Positions 51,065 to 62,587 of a DNA stretch of 64,000 nucleotides are shown here, piece after piece. Under the pieces are notes generated by a model. That model was not told the origin of the DNA, ran no database searches, and worked only from the letters and a program-made list of their open reading frames with translations. The DNA is from Leptolyngbyaceae cyanobacterium (GTDB taxonomy: Bacteria; Cyanobacteriota; Cyanobacteriia; Phormidesmidales; Phormidesmidaceae): assembly GCA_965263355.1 (NCBI GenBank), contig CBDHHL010000056.1, positions 1,856,001-1,920,000 of the forward strand. Reading direction: 5' to 3'. Within the stretch, counting starts at the first letter, position 1; every line of letters begins with the position of its first letter. Position numbers and translations under genes: made by a program.

Positions 51065-51650
51065 GGCAGGCCCTCAAAGCATACTTAGCGAGTTCATGCA
51101 AATCGTAACATCGGTCTCAGGAAATTTTTCTCTGATGTTCCTTAAGTGAGATATTTCTTCGAGACACACTAATACTTGACGTTAGGAAACGTATTGAGCC
51201 CTAAATTAAGGACTTCGAAAGGATAGAGAAATTAGGCAGACCATTAGACAGTTTAGGTAATCTAGAAAATTGTTTCTAATGGGAATAATGGTTTGCTAAC
51301 ACGATGCTTTTACGTCCATCCCTTGGAATAAAATAACTAAAATTGAGCAACTATTAGCCTATTTAAGTTATCAACTCATGTCTTGCGACATGAACGTATC
51401 TATTTTTTGTTGAATTAATTAGCTAAATAGTTATCCATTGATTGCTTTTACAAAGCAATCAATGCCGACTTAAAAAATTTTGCACTATTTGATTTGAATA
51501 GCTCTTGTGAAAGTTTAGAACGCTATGAAAGACCAAACTAGCTATCACAAGATACAGATTCAAGGATAAAAAGGATAAATTTGTATTTTAAGATACTTTC
51601 CATATCGTACCATCGTTAAACAGATAAAAATTAGGTGCAGCGTAATTCAG

Positions 51651-51962
51651 TCAGTCTATTAGCCATTCTGATGACCGCCTTCCTAAATCAATGGGAATAC
51701 TGACGGCTTTCCCCAATCTGGGGCGCTCATTAGTTTGTTCAATGGCCATTTTCACCTGAGTTAAGCAGCCCATGGCTTCCAAATAGAACACTATCTCTTT
51801 GAGATGAGCCAAATAGTCTTCCTCGTCCATGGGAAAAGATACCTGTTCTAAATAGCGCCACATCACTTGGAAAAAGACCTTAGTCGACGTCTTACGGAGC
51901 TGTACATCAAATGAGTAACCCCATTTGTTAATCAGTAATTCCTGGAAGTCCTCGGGGGTCAT
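51651..51962 (-). CDS. DUF3067-family protein
   Basis: KWGYSFDVQL, QVMWRYLEQ.SFP, RPRLGKAVSI; divergent from petC. Confidence 0.85.
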   Translation of the reverse strand: MTPEDFQELLINKWGYSFDVQLRKTSTKVFFQVMWRYLEQVSFPMDEEDYLAHLKEIVFYLEAMGCLTQVKMAIEQTNERPRLGKAVSIPIDLGRRSSEWLID

Positions 51963-52364
51963 AAGCCATTAAGTCACTTGTCTTTTACATTTATTTACAC
52001 GATTTCAGATAGCATGCGGATCTGAAAAGTAAATAAGATACAGTTTCTCAAAGCATAATCTCATGACCCTAAAGTCGTAGACTCTTCAATGCTAGTAGTT
52101 GTCTAGCAAGGATTTGAGTCTTTACTAAAGGGTCCGCTCAAAAATCGAAACCGTGTAAATAAATCCTGAATAGCAATGATTGTGAACAGTCAGCCTGATG
52201 AAGAGCAGTTTATCTGAGGCGGCAAAATGTAATAATACTCATAGCAATTTGCAAACTTCTGTGACGATATGGGCTGCAAGTGTAGTTGTGGTTATTAGTT
52301 GCGGAGGGATTGCGCTGGGCGATGCAGCCTTTGGATTCATACTCGCATATATAGTCTGACAGTT

Positions 52365-52907
52365 ATGGCTCAAGCTTCTGGAAACCCTGATGTCCCTGAT
52401 TTAGGGCGTCGCCAATTTATGAATCTGCTCACTTTTGGAGCAGCAACTGGTACGGCTGTGGGCGCTCTTTATCCCATTGTCAAGTACTTTCTACCTCCGA
52501 GCAGTGGCTCTGCAGGTGGTGGCGTTATTGCTAAGGATGAACTAGGCAATGACGTAACAGCTGCCAGCTACTTAGAGACCCACGGTGCTGGTGACCGCTC
52601 TTTGGTTCAAGGATTAAAGGGTGATCCAACCTATCTAGTCGTAACTGACGACGGTACCATTGATAACTACGCTGTTAACGCTGTTTGCACTCACTTGGGT
52701 TGCGTTGTTCCTTGGAATGCTAGCGAGAACAAGTTTAAGTGTCCTTGCCATGGTTCTCAGTATGATGCCACTGGTAAAGTCGTCCGTGGTCCGGCTCCGT
52801 TGTCTTTAGCCTTGGCTAAGGCTGATGTATCTGAAGATGACAAGGTAACTTTGAGCCCTTGGACTGACACTGACTTTAGGACAGGCGATGCTCCTTGGTG
52901 GGCCTAA
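52365..52907 (+). CDS. petC: Cytochrome b6f Rieske iron-sulfur subunit
   Basis: RRQFMNLL Tat-like motif, CTHLGC and CPCHGS; ATG 52365. Confidence 0.97.
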   Translation: MAQASGNPDVPDLGRRQFMNLLTFGAATGTAVGALYPIVKYFLPPSSGSAGGGVIAKDELGNDVTAASYLETHGAGDRSLVQGLKGDPTYLVVTDDGTIDNYAVNAVCTHLGCVVPWNASENKFKCPCHGSQYDATGKVVRGPAPLSLALAKADVSEDDKVTLSPWTDTDFRTGDAPWWA

Positions 52908-52962
52908 GTTGTCTGGTTCATTTAATTTCTCTCTACGTAATTGGATTGCTAGCGTGCGACGG

Positions 52963-53931
52963 ATGAAATTTAACTTTTTTAGCGTCTTTAATCAGCTGCC
53001 AAAGGTCATCATTTCTGGTGCAGTGGTTGCGATCGCAACTCTCAGCCTTGTATTGACCAGCGCCCAGCCAGCAGCTGCTTATCCTTTCTGGGCTCAAGAG
53101 AACTACGAAACTCCTCGTGAGGCCACAGGTCGTATTGTCTGTGCCAACTGCCACCTGGGCCAGAAGAAGACTGAAATTGAGGTACCTCAAGCGGTATTGC
53201 CCGACACTGTTTTCGAAGCAGTTGTTAAAGTTCCCTACGATCTTGATGTTCAGCAAGTTTTGGGTGACGGCAGCAAAGGGGGCTTAAATGTCGGTGCTGT
53301 TTTGATGCTGCCTGATGGCTTTACCCTAGCCCCTGATGATCGTATTCCCGAGGAAATGAAGGAAGAGGTCGGCAGTACTTACTTCATGCCCTACAGCGAA
53401 GAGCATCCAAATTGGCTAATAGTTGGCCCTTTACCTGGGGAACAGTACCAAGAAATTACTTTTCCAATTCTCTCGCCTGATCCAGCAACGGATAAGAATA
53501 TCCACTTTGGCAAATATCAGGTACATGTTGGTGGTAACCGCGGTCGCGGGCAGGTTTACCCCACTGGTCAGGCTACTAATAACGTGGTCTACACGGCTTC
53601 TAAGGGTGGTGTGATTACTGACATTGTCAAGGGCGACTATAGTACTGAGCTGACCATCGAAACCGCTGATGGTAAGTCAGTGACTGAAAGCTTACAGCCT
53701 GGTCCAGAGTTGATTGTTTCTCAAGGCGATGCCGTAGAAGCTGGCGCACCGTTGACTAATGACCCGAACGTTGGTGGTTTTGGTCAACATGATACCGAGA
53801 TTGTTCTGCAGAGTCCTGGTCGGATCAAAGGTCTACTAGCTTTTCTGGCCGCAGCAGCGCTGACTCAAATCATGTTAGTGCTGAAGAAGAAGCAGGTTGA
53901 GACTGTACAGGCCGCCAACATCACTTTCTAA
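52963..53931 (+). CDS. petA: Apocytochrome f
   Basis: AAA-YPFWAQ mature start, [17 protein letters not shown]-terminal TM + LKKKQ; ATG 52963. Confidence 0.97.
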   Translation: MKFNFFSVFNQLPKVIISGAVVAIATLSLVLTSAQPAAAYPFWAQENYETPREATGRIVCANCHLGQKKTEIEVPQAVLPDTVFEAVVKVPYDLDVQQVLGDGSKGGLNVGAVLMLPDGFTLAPDDRIPEEMKEEVGSTYFMPYSEEHPNWLIVGPLPGEQYQEITFPILSPDPATDKNIHFGKYQVHVGGNRGRGQVYPTGQATNNVVYTASKGGVITDIVKGDYSTELTIETADGKSVTESLQPGPELIVSQGDAVEAGAPLTNDPNVGGFGQHDTEIVLQSPGRIKGLLAFLAAAALTQIMLVLKKKQVETVQAANITF

Positions 53932-53968
53932 GGTCTGTTCAAACTATTAGCTTTAACCGAAAATCGTG

Positions 53969-53999
53969 GGGAAGGTAACATAGCTACCTTCCCTTTTTT
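53969..53999 (+). terminator. petCA terminator
   Basis: GGGAAGGTA ... TACCTTCCC followed by TTTTTT. Confidence 0.8.
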
Positions 54000-54103
54000 C
54001 ATGGCTAATGGACAAGTGCTTATCTGCTGGTATTTTCATCGTCCCAAAGCGGCTTACCATAAGAAACGATCAGGTTAGCCGTAGCAGTTACTGGTTTCGT
54101 TTA

Positions 54104-55552
54104 ATGAGCTTAGTTCTTTACAACACCTTATCTCGACGCAAAGAGCCCTTTCAGCCATTAGTCGCTGGTACGGCAAAAATTTACTGCTGTGGTGTGACGG
54201 TATATGACTATTGCCACTTGGGCCATGCTCGCTGCTATGTGGTTTGGGATACAATTCGTCGTTACTTACGATGGCGTGGCTACGATGTGCATTATGTTCA
54301 AAACTTCACTGACATCGACGATAAGATTTTGAACCGTGCTCGCAAAGAAGGCACCACGATGGAGGCGGTTTCACAACGCTTTATTGAGGCCTACCACGAA
54401 GACATGGCTCGGCTCAATATTTTAGAGGCCGATGAATATACCTATGCCACCCATACGATTGACGGCATTAAACGCTTAATTGGTGAGCTAGAAAACAAGG
54501 GGTATGCCTATGCGGCTGGGGGCGATGTTTATTACAGGGTCCGTAAGTTTGAGGGCTATGGTAAGCTCTCTGGCCGTAAGTTGGATGACATGCAGGCTGG
54601 TGCAAGTGGTCGTGTAGATGGGGGTACACCGAAAAAGCAAGATCCGTTTGACTTTGCGTTGTGGAAAGGGGCTAAACCCGATGAACCAGCTTGGGAGTCA
54701 CCCTGGGGGTTAGGACGTCCCGGTTGGCATATTGAGTGCTCGGCCATGGTGCGCGATCGCATGGGCGATACTATCGATATTCACATGGGTGGCGGCGATC
54801 TGACGTTTCCTCACCATGAGAATGAAATCGCTCAGTCAGAAGCAGCCACAGGACATCCTTTGTCTCAGTATTGGATGCACAATGGCATGGTGAATGTGAA
54901 CGGTGAAAAGATGTCCAAGTCCTTGGGCAATTTCACGACTATTCGTCAGTTGCTAGATGCTGATGATGGTCTACATCCTATGGCATTGCGATTATTTCTC
55001 TGTCAGGCACAGTATCGAAAACCAGTGGACTTCACTGAGGATGCGATCGCATCAGCCACTAAAAGTTGGCAAACGCTGCAAGAGGGATTACTGTTTGGCA
55101 ATAATCACGGCCCTCAGCTAGATTGGCCTGACTCAAACACCTGGTCACTAGATCGTGAAAGTGATGTGGTTCAACGGTTTCAGATTGCTATGGATGACGA
55201 CTTCAACACTCCAGAAGCCGTTGCCGTACTGTTTGAACTCGCCAAAGAACTGCGTCGCCAGGGCAATCTTCTGGTTCATGAGGGCAAAATCGATGCGGAT
55301 AGTGACAAGCTGCAACACCAGTGGCAAAATCTCGTTGGTCTAGCTCAGGTGCTAGGGATTGAGGCCACTGTCGATAGCACCACTGGCAATGACGGTCCCA
55401 GTGATGATGAAATTGCAAGTTTAATTGAGCAACGATTAGCTGCTAAAAAAGCAAAAGACTTCGCTCTAGCTGACAAAATTCGGGATGACTTAACCGCTCA
55501 GGGAATTACATTGATCGATAAACCCGGTGGTGTGACCGAGTGGCATCGGTGA
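54104..55552 (+). CDS. cysS: Cysteine--tRNA ligase
   Basis: LYNTL, CGVTVYD..HLGHAR, PGWHIECSAM, KMSKS; ATG 54104 preferred. Confidence 0.97.
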   Translation: MSLVLYNTLSRRKEPFQPLVAGTAKIYCCGVTVYDYCHLGHARCYVVWDTIRRYLRWRGYDVHYVQNFTDIDDKILNRARKEGTTMEAVSQRFIEAYHEDMARLNILEADEYTYATHTIDGIKRLIGELENKGYAYAAGGDVYYRVRKFEGYGKLSGRKLDDMQAGASGRVDGGTPKKQDPFDFALWKGAKPDEPAWESPWGLGRPGWHIECSAMVRDRMGDTIDIHMGGGDLTFPHHENEIAQSEAATGHPLSQYWMHNGMVNVNGEKMSKSLGNFTTIRQLLDADDGLHPMALRLFLCQAQYRKPVDFTEDAIASATKSWQTLQEGLLFGNNHGPQLDWPDSNTWSLDRESDVVQRFQIAMDDDFNTPEAVAVLFELAKELRRQGNLLVHEGKIDADSDKLQHQWQNLVGLAQVLGIEATVDSTTGNDGPSDDEIASLIEQRLAAKKAKDFALADKIRDDLTAQGITLIDKPGGVTEWHR

Positions 55553-55555
55553 GCG

Positions 55556-56305
55556 GTGAGCATGAAAGCACCAACGATTACTGTGGGTAAACAAGCGATT
55601 GATAGGGTCCACGCTATAGCGTCTGACCAGGTCGAGGCGCTAATTGACTACCTGGGAAATTTTCTTACCCCTGAGCGGAAAACCAAAATTGAAACAGTTT
55701 TGGCCCATCGTACTCGCTATGTAACAGTTGCTTTAGAAGACATTCACACGAGTCAAAATGCTGGAGCCGTCTTGCGTAACTGTGATAACTTTGGCATCCA
55801 AGATGTTCACATTATTGAGGAAACTACCAACTTTAAGGTGAATCTCAATGTCACCCGAGGTTGCCAAAAGTGGCTAACCACCCATCGCTATCGGAAACAG
55901 CAAAACAATACTCGCGTCTGTATTGACGCATTAAAAGCTAAGGGCTATTGCATTGTGGCGACAACTCCCTACACTGATGCTTGTGAACTGCCAGCACTAC
56001 CTTTGGATCGTCCCATAGCATTGCTGTTTGGCAATGAGTTAGACGGGGTGTCACCAATAACGTTGGAGCAAGCCGACAGACATCTAAAAATTCCGATGTA
56101 CGGTTTTAGCGAAAGCTTTAATATTTCGGTGAGCACTGCGCTGTGTTTGCAGAATATTTGCGATCGCCTGCGTCAATCCTCCTCCTACTCCTGGCAGCTG
56201 TCTTTAGAGGAAAAGCGTGCACTACGCCTCAAGTGGTATCGCAGTTCTTGTAAAAAGATTCAACAGTTAGAAGCAAGTTTTTGGCAGACGTATAAGGGCT
56301 CTTAA
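55556..56305 (+). CDS. trmH: SpoU/TrmH-family RNA 2'-O-methyltransferase
   Basis: NAGAVLRNCD.FG, LFGNELDG, IPMYGFSESFNISVS. Confidence 0.82.
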   Translation: MSMKAPTITVGKQAIDRVHAIASDQVEALIDYLGNFLTPERKTKIETVLAHRTRYVTVALEDIHTSQNAGAVLRNCDNFGIQDVHIIEETTNFKVNLNVTRGCQKWLTTHRYRKQQNNTRVCIDALKAKGYCIVATTPYTDACELPALPLDRPIALLFGNELDGVSPITLEQADRHLKIPMYGFSESFNISVSTALCLQNICDRLRQSSSYSWQLSLEEKRALRLKWYRSSCKKIQQLEASFWQTYKGS

Positions 56306-57417
56306 AAACCGTACTCTTCTAGTACCGCATCATCTAAGTCATCAATGGAGTTCGCGTCCATGACGTCGTAACACATGTCTTGCAAATCTTGATGTCGTTG
56401 TCGTCGGGACGTACGGCGATACTTTTTAGCCTCTAGCTTAGGTTCGTGTTGCACCTGACCATCGCTGCCCATTTTTACTTTTTCAGCTGCCTCAGTATCA
56501 GGTCGATGGTCTACCTGATATTGATGGTGGAGCACTTCATTGAGCAACAGCAGGTAATAGTCATAACGCTCCCAATCACCTCTAACACTGCAACCAGGCT
56601 CGTCACGATGCAAGCAGTTATTAAACTGGCAATGTCCTGACCGCTGGCGTATTTCTGGGAAACATCGCATCAGTGTCTCCACAGTGCAGGTAACATCGGG
56701 TTGGTTAAAACCAGGGGTATCGGCTAATAAACCGCCAGTCGGCAAATCAAATAGTTCTACATGACGTGTGGTGTGACGACCTCGACCAAGCTTACCGGAC
56801 ACAGCATTGGTACGAGCATCTACATCTGGGACAAGACGATTAAGGAGACTGGATTTACCTACACCTGAAGGACCTGCCACAACAGTCACTCGGTGCTTTA
56901 AGGTATCCATCAAAGCCGTAGATAAGTCCTTATCTTCCCAAACACTCACAAGTAAAGGCTCATATCCCCAATTCCTGAGACGAGTCTGCCACTGAGTAAT
57001 GGCCTCTTGGGCAAGCAGATCTCGTTTATTCAGGCATAGGGTAACCGGAATACCGGTGGATTCTGCTTTTACCAGAAAACGACTGAGCTGGGTTGGATCC
57101 AATACGGGCTCGGCTAGGGCAAATACCAGTAGAATTTGATCTACGTTGGAAATAGGAGGGCGATCTAGCAAATTAAAGCGGGGGTGAATGGTTGCGATCG
57201 CGCCTCGGCAATCTTGCCAATCCATCTCCTCAACCTGTACCTGGTCACCAACCACAACCTGCTGCCCAAGCTTTTTCAAACGTGCACGACGGGTACACAA
57301 AAAGTACAGTGGCTCACCATTTTGCGAAGAAAGTCTGACCTGGTAATAGTTTGCCTGACAAGCAACCACGGTTCCTGACACAGAAGACAGGTTAAAATGC
57401 TCCGATGCTACCGTCAT
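56302..57417 (-). CDS. rsgA: Small-subunit biogenesis GTPase RsgA
   Basis: OB fold, NKRDL, GPSGVGKSS, GRHTT, DTPG, C.FNNC.H..EPGC zinc motif. Confidence 0.95.
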   Translation of the reverse strand: MTVASEHFNLSSVSGTVVACQANYYQVRLSSQNGEPLYFLCTRRARLKKLGQQVVVGDQVQVEEMDWQDCRGAIATIHPRFNLLDRPPISNVDQILLVFALAEPVLDPTQLSRFLVKAESTGIPVTLCLNKRDLLAQEAITQWQTRLRNWGYEPLLVSVWEDKDLSTALMDTLKHRVTVVAGPSGVGKSSLLNRLVPDVDARTNAVSGKLGRGRHTTRHVELFDLPTGGLLADTPGFNQPDVTCTVETLMRCFPEIRQRSGHCQFNNCLHRDEPGCSVRGDWERYDYYLLLLNEVLHHQYQVDHRPDTEAAEKVKMGSDGQVQHEPKLEAKKYRRTSRRQRHQDLQDMCYDVMDANSIDDLDDAVLEEYGF

Positions 57418-57665
57418 GCTGCAGGTCGTCTTACCTGCAGTGAAAAATAACCCTCTGAACTTAATTCTAATGCTTCGATCAGAAAACCTTCCGAACGCAG
57501 ACTATCAGGAACTTGTTCCACCGGCTCCCCAGCATCTAGCCAAACCTCTAAAAGATCGCCTGTAGGCATGCGTTGTAGCTTAAGCTTGGTCCGCACAAAA
57601 TTTAAGGGGCAGGGCGTCCCACGCAAATCTAAGGTCTCATCAGGTCTATTCAAGACATCCGCCAT
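57414..57665 (-). CDS. TusA/SirA-family sulfur carrier protein
   Basis: LDLRGTPCPLNFVRTKL; 4-bp overlap with rsgA. Confidence 0.88.
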   Translation of the reverse strand: MADVLNRPDETLDLRGTPCPLNFVRTKLKLQRMPTGDLLEVWLDAGEPVEQVPDSLRSEGFLIEALELSSEGYFSLQVRRPAA

Positions 57666-57754
57666 ACTTTAGCAATCTCCTAATTACTGGCCAACTAGTG
57701 CAGCGCCAAAACCTAATTTTAAAGTGACCTCCTTTCGTTAGTCTTGACAGGCCA

Positions 57755-58882
57755 CTAGCCTTTAAATAAACCACCTAAAAATCCCTCGAGTCCCTTTTTC
57801 GAGACCGAATCCCCTCGAACCTCAGCTAACTTTGCTAGTAGCTCACGTTCTTCAGTCTTAATCCTAGTAGGAATATCCACCAGAATCGTTAATAAATGAT
57901 TACCACGACTAACTGGATTACCTAGTTTAGGTACTCCACGATTTTCTAATGTTAAAACCGTATTAGGTTGAGTCCCAGCTGGCACCTGAACTTCCAATGC
58001 CCCATCCACAGTTTCAATCTGCAAATCACAACCTAAAATTGCCTGCAGGTAACTAATTTTCAAGTCTGAGAGCACGTTGATACCATCACGTTTAAAATTA
58101 CTGTGCTCCTTGACGAATAAGTACACATACAGATCACCTGGCGGGCCACTACGCATCCCCGCATCCCCTTCATTGGAAACCCGTAGACGAGTGCCATTAT
58201 CAACACCAGCAGGAATAGTGATCTTTAACTTCTTAGTCTCTTGCTTACGACCCGCTCCACCACAAACTTCACAACGATCTTCAACGACTTCACCCGTCCC
58301 ATTACAAGTAGGACAAGCCGAGACCTGGGTAAAGCTACCAAAGGGAGTACGCGTTGCGCGGCGAACTTGACCTGAACCGTTACAAGTGGAGCAAGTACGA
58401 GGTCGAGTGCCTGGCTTTGCCCCCGAACCGTTACAGGTCATACAGTTTTCTAAATGACTAATTTTGATTTCTTTTTCACCACCAAAAATAGCCTCAGCAA
58501 AATCTAATTTTAGATCAAGACGCAAATCATCCCCGCGCATGGGACCGCGTCGCTTAGCCTGAGTCGGGCCACCCGAAAAACCACTAAAAAAGCTTTCAAA
58601 AATATCGGCAAAGCCGCCCATATCGGAAAAATCTTGAAAGCCTGCACCACCAGCGGCAGCACCACCTACACCCGCTTCGCCAAAACGATCATACCGAGCT
58701 CTAATCTCTGGCTCAGAAAGAACCTCATAAGCTCGGTTGATCTCTTTGAACTTATCTTCTGCGCCCGGCTCTTTATTTACATCGGGGTGATACTTACGTG
58801 CCAGCCGCCGATAAGCACGCTTTACCTCATCCTGATCGGCCCCCCGGGAAACACCGAGTACCTCATAGTAATCACGAGCCAT
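57755..58882 (-). CDS. dnaJ: Chaperone DnaJ (type I)
   Basis: J domain HPD, G/F region, four CxxCxGxG repeats. Confidence 0.97.
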   Translation of the reverse strand: MARDYYEVLGVSRGADQDEVKRAYRRLARKYHPDVNKEPGAEDKFKEINRAYEVLSEPEIRARYDRFGEAGVGGAAAGGAGFQDFSDMGGFADIFESFFSGFSGGPTQAKRRGPMRGDDLRLDLKLDFAEAIFGGEKEIKISHLENCMTCNGSGAKPGTRPRTCSTCNGSGQVRRATRTPFGSFTQVSACPTCNGTGEVVEDRCEVCGGAGRKQETKKLKITIPAGVDNGTRLRVSNEGDAGMRSGPPGDLYVYLFVKEHSNFKRDGINVLSDLKISYLQAILGCDLQIETVDGALEVQVPAGTQPNTVLTLENRGVPKLGNPVSRGNHLLTILVDIPTRIKTEERELLAKLAEVRGDSVSKKGLEGFLGGLFKG

Positions 58883-58984
58883 AGAATGTTAGCTTAACAA
58901 CGACAACTGGAAACCTATCCAACTATTCTACGTAAGCACGGCACATTACTAATTCGCAATTCCCGTACTCCGACAATTCGGTTA

Positions 58985-61000
58985 CTATTCAATTGCTTCG
59001 TAATCCGCTGTTATAGTTGCATCAAGGTCAAACTCTGGATCATCTGCCAGTAGATCGATAGCCTCAGGTTTGGCCACTGGCGCAGGTTCTCCAACTGAAG
59101 CAGCCTCTGAACTCTCTACTATTTCAAAGGAGTCAGATGGTGACATGTCTGGAGATGTTTCGTCCATCGCAATATCATAGTTGTCTTCATTGACTTGACG
59201 ATACATCTCAGAACCTATTGCTAAGATACTCTGCTGCAAGGCATCCAAGGCTGCTTGTAATTCTTCAGGCGAAATTTCCTTATTATTCAAAGCCGTCCGT
59301 AATGCGATCTCTGCTGCCTGAGCCTGCTCCTTACGCTCATCGCTGATCCATTCAGCATTTTCCCGCATCGTCGACTCATAACTGTAGAAGAGTTCGTCTG
59401 CCTTATTTCTCATTTCAGCAACCACCTTCCGACGAGCATCGTCATCAGCGTAGGCTTCTGCCTCCTCACGCATCTTCTCAATTTCACTAGACGTTAAACC
59501 GCCTGTGTTGGTGATACGAATGCTTTGGGCCCGCCCCGTGCCTTTATCCTTTGCTGCCACCTGCAAAATTCCGTCAGCATCAATTTCAAAGGATACTTCG
59601 ATTTGCGGAATACCCCTCGGCGCAGGTGGAATGCCAGTGAGTTCAAACCGCCCAAGACTCTTATTATCCCGTGCCATAGCCCGCTCACCCTGGAGTGCAT
59701 GCACTTCTACCGACGTCTGACCATCCGTTGCCGTGGAAAAGGTCTGTGACTTACTGGTGGGAATTGTAGTATTGCGCTCAATAACCTTAGTAAACACTTC
59801 TCCCAGGGTTTCAATCCCAAGGGATAGGGGAGTGACATCCAACAGCAATAAGTCTTTAACCTCACCGCCTAGCACACCTGCTTGGATAGATGCACCTAAG
59901 GCTACCGCCTCATCTGGGTTCACAGAGCGATCCGGTGTCTTACCATTAAAGTAGTGAGTAATTGCCTTTTGTACGGCTGGAATCCTTGTAGAGCCACCTA
60001 CCAATAGAATACGGTCAATATCATCTGGAGTGAGTTCTGCATCTTTTAAGGCTTGACCAACCGGTTCCAATGTGGCTTCAACTAGGGGCTTTGCCAACTC
60101 TTCAAACTTAGTACGCGATAGCTCCGATTCCAGATGCTTTGGACCGGTTTCATCTGCTGCAATAAAAGGTAAATTAATCGATGTAGTAGTTCGGCTGGAG
60201 AGTTCTATCTTCGCTTTCTCCGCTGCTTCACGAATACGTTGGAGGGCCATCCGATCAGTAGACAGATCCACGCCTTCTTGCTCGCGAAACTTCTCTAACA
60301 AGGCTGTGACGATACTATTATCAAAATCATCCCCACCCAGATGATTATTACCAGATGTAGCCTTCACCTCAAAAACACCGTCACCAAGTTGCAATATGGA
60401 AACATCAAATGTTCCACCGCCTAGGTCAAATACCAAAACAGTTTGGTCTTGCTCTAATTTATCAAGACCATAGGACAAAGCTGCGGCTGTAGGCTCATTG
60501 ATAATACGCAAAACCTCAAGGCCAGCAATTTTACCAGCGTCCTTTGTGGCCTGGCGTTGAGCATCTGTAAAATATGCAGGTACTGTAATAACGGCCTGAG
60601 TGACTTCCTCACCAAGATAGGCCTCCGCATCTTGCTTTAGCTTCTGTAGCGTCATAGCAGAGATTTCTTGAGGAGTGTAGGCCTTACCACGAATTAAAAC
60701 GTCGACCGTGTCATCCTTCCCTCGCACACAAGTATAGGGAACTCGCGACCTTTCACTGTCGGTATCATCCCAGCGACGACCAATAAAGCGTTTAATGCTG
60801 TATACGGTATTCTCAGCATTAGTAACTGCCTGACGCTTGGCTAATTGCCCAACCAAACGTTCACCATTTTTAGCAAAACCAACAATGCTCGGCATTGTCC
60901 GCCCACCTTCTGTGTTGGTAATTACCTCAGGTTTACCCCCTTCCAAAACAGCAACACAGCTATTTGTAGTTCCCAAATCAATGCCAATAACTTTACTCAT
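58985..61000 (-). CDS. dnaK: Chaperone DnaK (grpE-linked paralogue)
   Basis: [28 protein letters not shown], acidic C-terminal tail. Confidence 0.97.
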   Translation of the reverse strand: MSKVIGIDLGTTNSCVAVLEGGKPEVITNTEGGRTMPSIVGFAKNGERLVGQLAKRQAVTNAENTVYSIKRFIGRRWDDTDSERSRVPYTCVRGKDDTVDVLIRGKAYTPQEISAMTLQKLKQDAEAYLGEEVTQAVITVPAYFTDAQRQATKDAGKIAGLEVLRIINEPTAAALSYGLDKLEQDQTVLVFDLGGGTFDVSILQLGDGVFEVKATSGNNHLGGDDFDNSIVTALLEKFREQEGVDLSTDRMALQRIREAAEKAKIELSSRTTTSINLPFIAADETGPKHLESELSRTKFEELAKPLVEATLEPVGQALKDAELTPDDIDRILLVGGSTRIPAVQKAITHYFNGKTPDRSVNPDEAVALGASIQAGVLGGEVKDLLLLDVTPLSLGIETLGEVFTKVIERNTTIPTSKSQTFSTATDGQTSVEVHALQGERAMARDNKSLGRFELTGIPPAPRGIPQIEVSFEIDADGILQVAAKDKGTGRAQSIRITNTGGLTSSEIEKMREEAEAYADDDARRKVVAEMRNKADELFYSYESTMRENAEWISDERKEQAQAAEIALRTALNNKEISPEELQAALDALQQSILAIGSEMYRQVNEDNYDIAMDETSPDMSPSDSFEIVESSEAASVGEPAPVAKPEAIDLLADDPEFDLDATITADYEAIE

Positions 61001-61341
61001 CTGAGAGCCTGCTTACTCCAGAAAATCACACAATTTTAGAAAATAGATATTCACTAGACATAGAACACCAGCTTGCACAGTAAACCCATATCTCTGAAAA
61101 AACTAGAGTTGGCAAAAGCCATTACTAAGGACATACATAAGTTACAAACAAGCATTAGCCCAGTGAACTAACCGATATATAAGCTTCGGTAAAAATTGCT
61201 ATATGGTTACACCCTGCCCATAAAACACTCACAGATCAAATCTGCGATTAGCACATTAAAGTGCATAGGTTATTTCCCAATATAAATACAATACCCAAAA
61301 CCATAAACTCTAACAAAGTCCCTTGATATTCAAGCAAGCTT

Positions 61342-61374
61342 CATAACTGAGCTTTTATTACAAGCTCAGTTATG
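61342..61374. terminator. Hairpin between grpE and dnaK
   Basis: CATAACTGAGCTT-TTATTAC-AAGCTCAGTTATG, 13-bp arms. Confidence 0.55.
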
Positions 61375-61418
61375 TTTTGGGTAAGTATTGGATTATTGGA
61401 TGTCAATAAAATGCATGA

Positions 61419-62135
61419 CTATTCCTCTAAAGGAGTCGCGACCTTAACCATGGCATGGCGTAAGACACGCTCGCCTAAAACGTAACCTCTCACTAATTCC
61501 TCAATAACTGTACCGTCATCATGTTCATTGGTAGGCTCGCGCATTACAGCTTCATGCAAATTGGGGTCAAATTCTTTACCCTCTGCACGCATTGGTGCCA
61601 CCCCTATCCGTTTAAGAGCTTCTACCAACTGTTTATAAACACTCTGATAGCTCTTATGAACAGCCATTTCACCATCGCTTTGAGGTTTAATTTGGGCACG
61701 CGCCCGCTCAAAGTTGTCCACGACCTCTAACATATTGCTGATGGTACTGCACTTGATCTGCAGTTCAAGGTCTTCTTTCTCACGGCTCGTACGCTTACGA
61801 AAGTTTTCAAAATCAGCTGTGAGTCTTAAATATTGGTTGTTTCTGTCTTCTAACTGTGTCTTTAGCTGAGCCACCTGCTCCTCTAAAGCGGAAAAAGTTG
61901 CCACATTGACTTCGGACGGTTCTTGAACCTCAGCACTATCAGTCGCTGCTACGTCATCAGAGGCAACTTCGGAAAACTCATTTTCAAAATCAATGTCAAT
62001 CTCGGCGTCTTCTACTTTAAGCTCCTCAATACCGGTATCTACCTCATTGATAGTATTAGATGCTTCATCTTCTTCAATTGAACTACTTTCTGCCGGATTA
62101 ACGTTTTCTGCCGGATTAACGTCCTCTACCATCAT
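61419..62135 (-). CDS. grpE: Nucleotide exchange factor GrpE
   Basis: [37 protein letters not shown]. Confidence 0.97.
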   Translation of the reverse strand: MMVEDVNPAENVNPAESSSIEEDEASNTINEVDTGIEELKVEDAEIDIDFENEFSEVASDDVAATDSAEVQEPSEVNVATFSALEEQVAQLKTQLEDRNNQYLRLTADFENFRKRTSREKEDLELQIKCSTISNMLEVVDNFERARAQIKPQSDGEMAVHKSYQSVYKQLVEALKRIGVAPMRAEGKEFDPNLHEAVMREPTNEHDDGTVIEELVRGYVLGERVLRHAMVKVATPLEE

Positions 62136-62453
62136 TTAACCTCATCAATAACAGAACACAGAGGGAGCATCATTATTGCCTTAGACGCTGATAATTTTAA
62201 GCGAGTTGCACTATTCTAAGACACCCTCTTATATAAGGATTTAGACGAAAAACTGCATTCTTGACCTAGTACGGCTTGTCACGGCCTTGCCCTGTAACCT
62301 TACTTTAAACATCTTAGACGTATCACAATAGTGCATTTTGCAACGTAATGACTACATAAAACTAGAATGCCCTCTGCCATAATTTCTGCCTCGATCGCCA
62401 CGATTAGCTATCAATGCGGCTAGCTGGATGCTATTGTTCAAGCTATTATCGGG

Positions 62454-62490
62454 AAATAGAGCAGCATCTTCAGAAGATGCTGCTCTATTT
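62454..62490. repeat. 37-bp palindrome (18-bp perfect arms, 1-nt spacer) in the grpE/pilB divergent region
   Basis: AAATAGAGCAGCATCTTC-A-GAAGATGCTGCTCTATTT. Confidence 0.88.
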
Positions 62491-62587
62491 AGGAGTATCT
62501 TCAATCCATTGACTTGGATCCTCCTTGGAACTGTCTACAGAAAAGCGTTTTGTGGGCAACCTTCTGTAAGGATTTTCTGCGGCGACT

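Noticed and set aside
61248..61268. CIRCE element upstream of dnaK (TTAGCAC...GTGCA)
   Set aside because: Arms and spacing do not fit TTAGCACTC-N9-GAGTGCTAA
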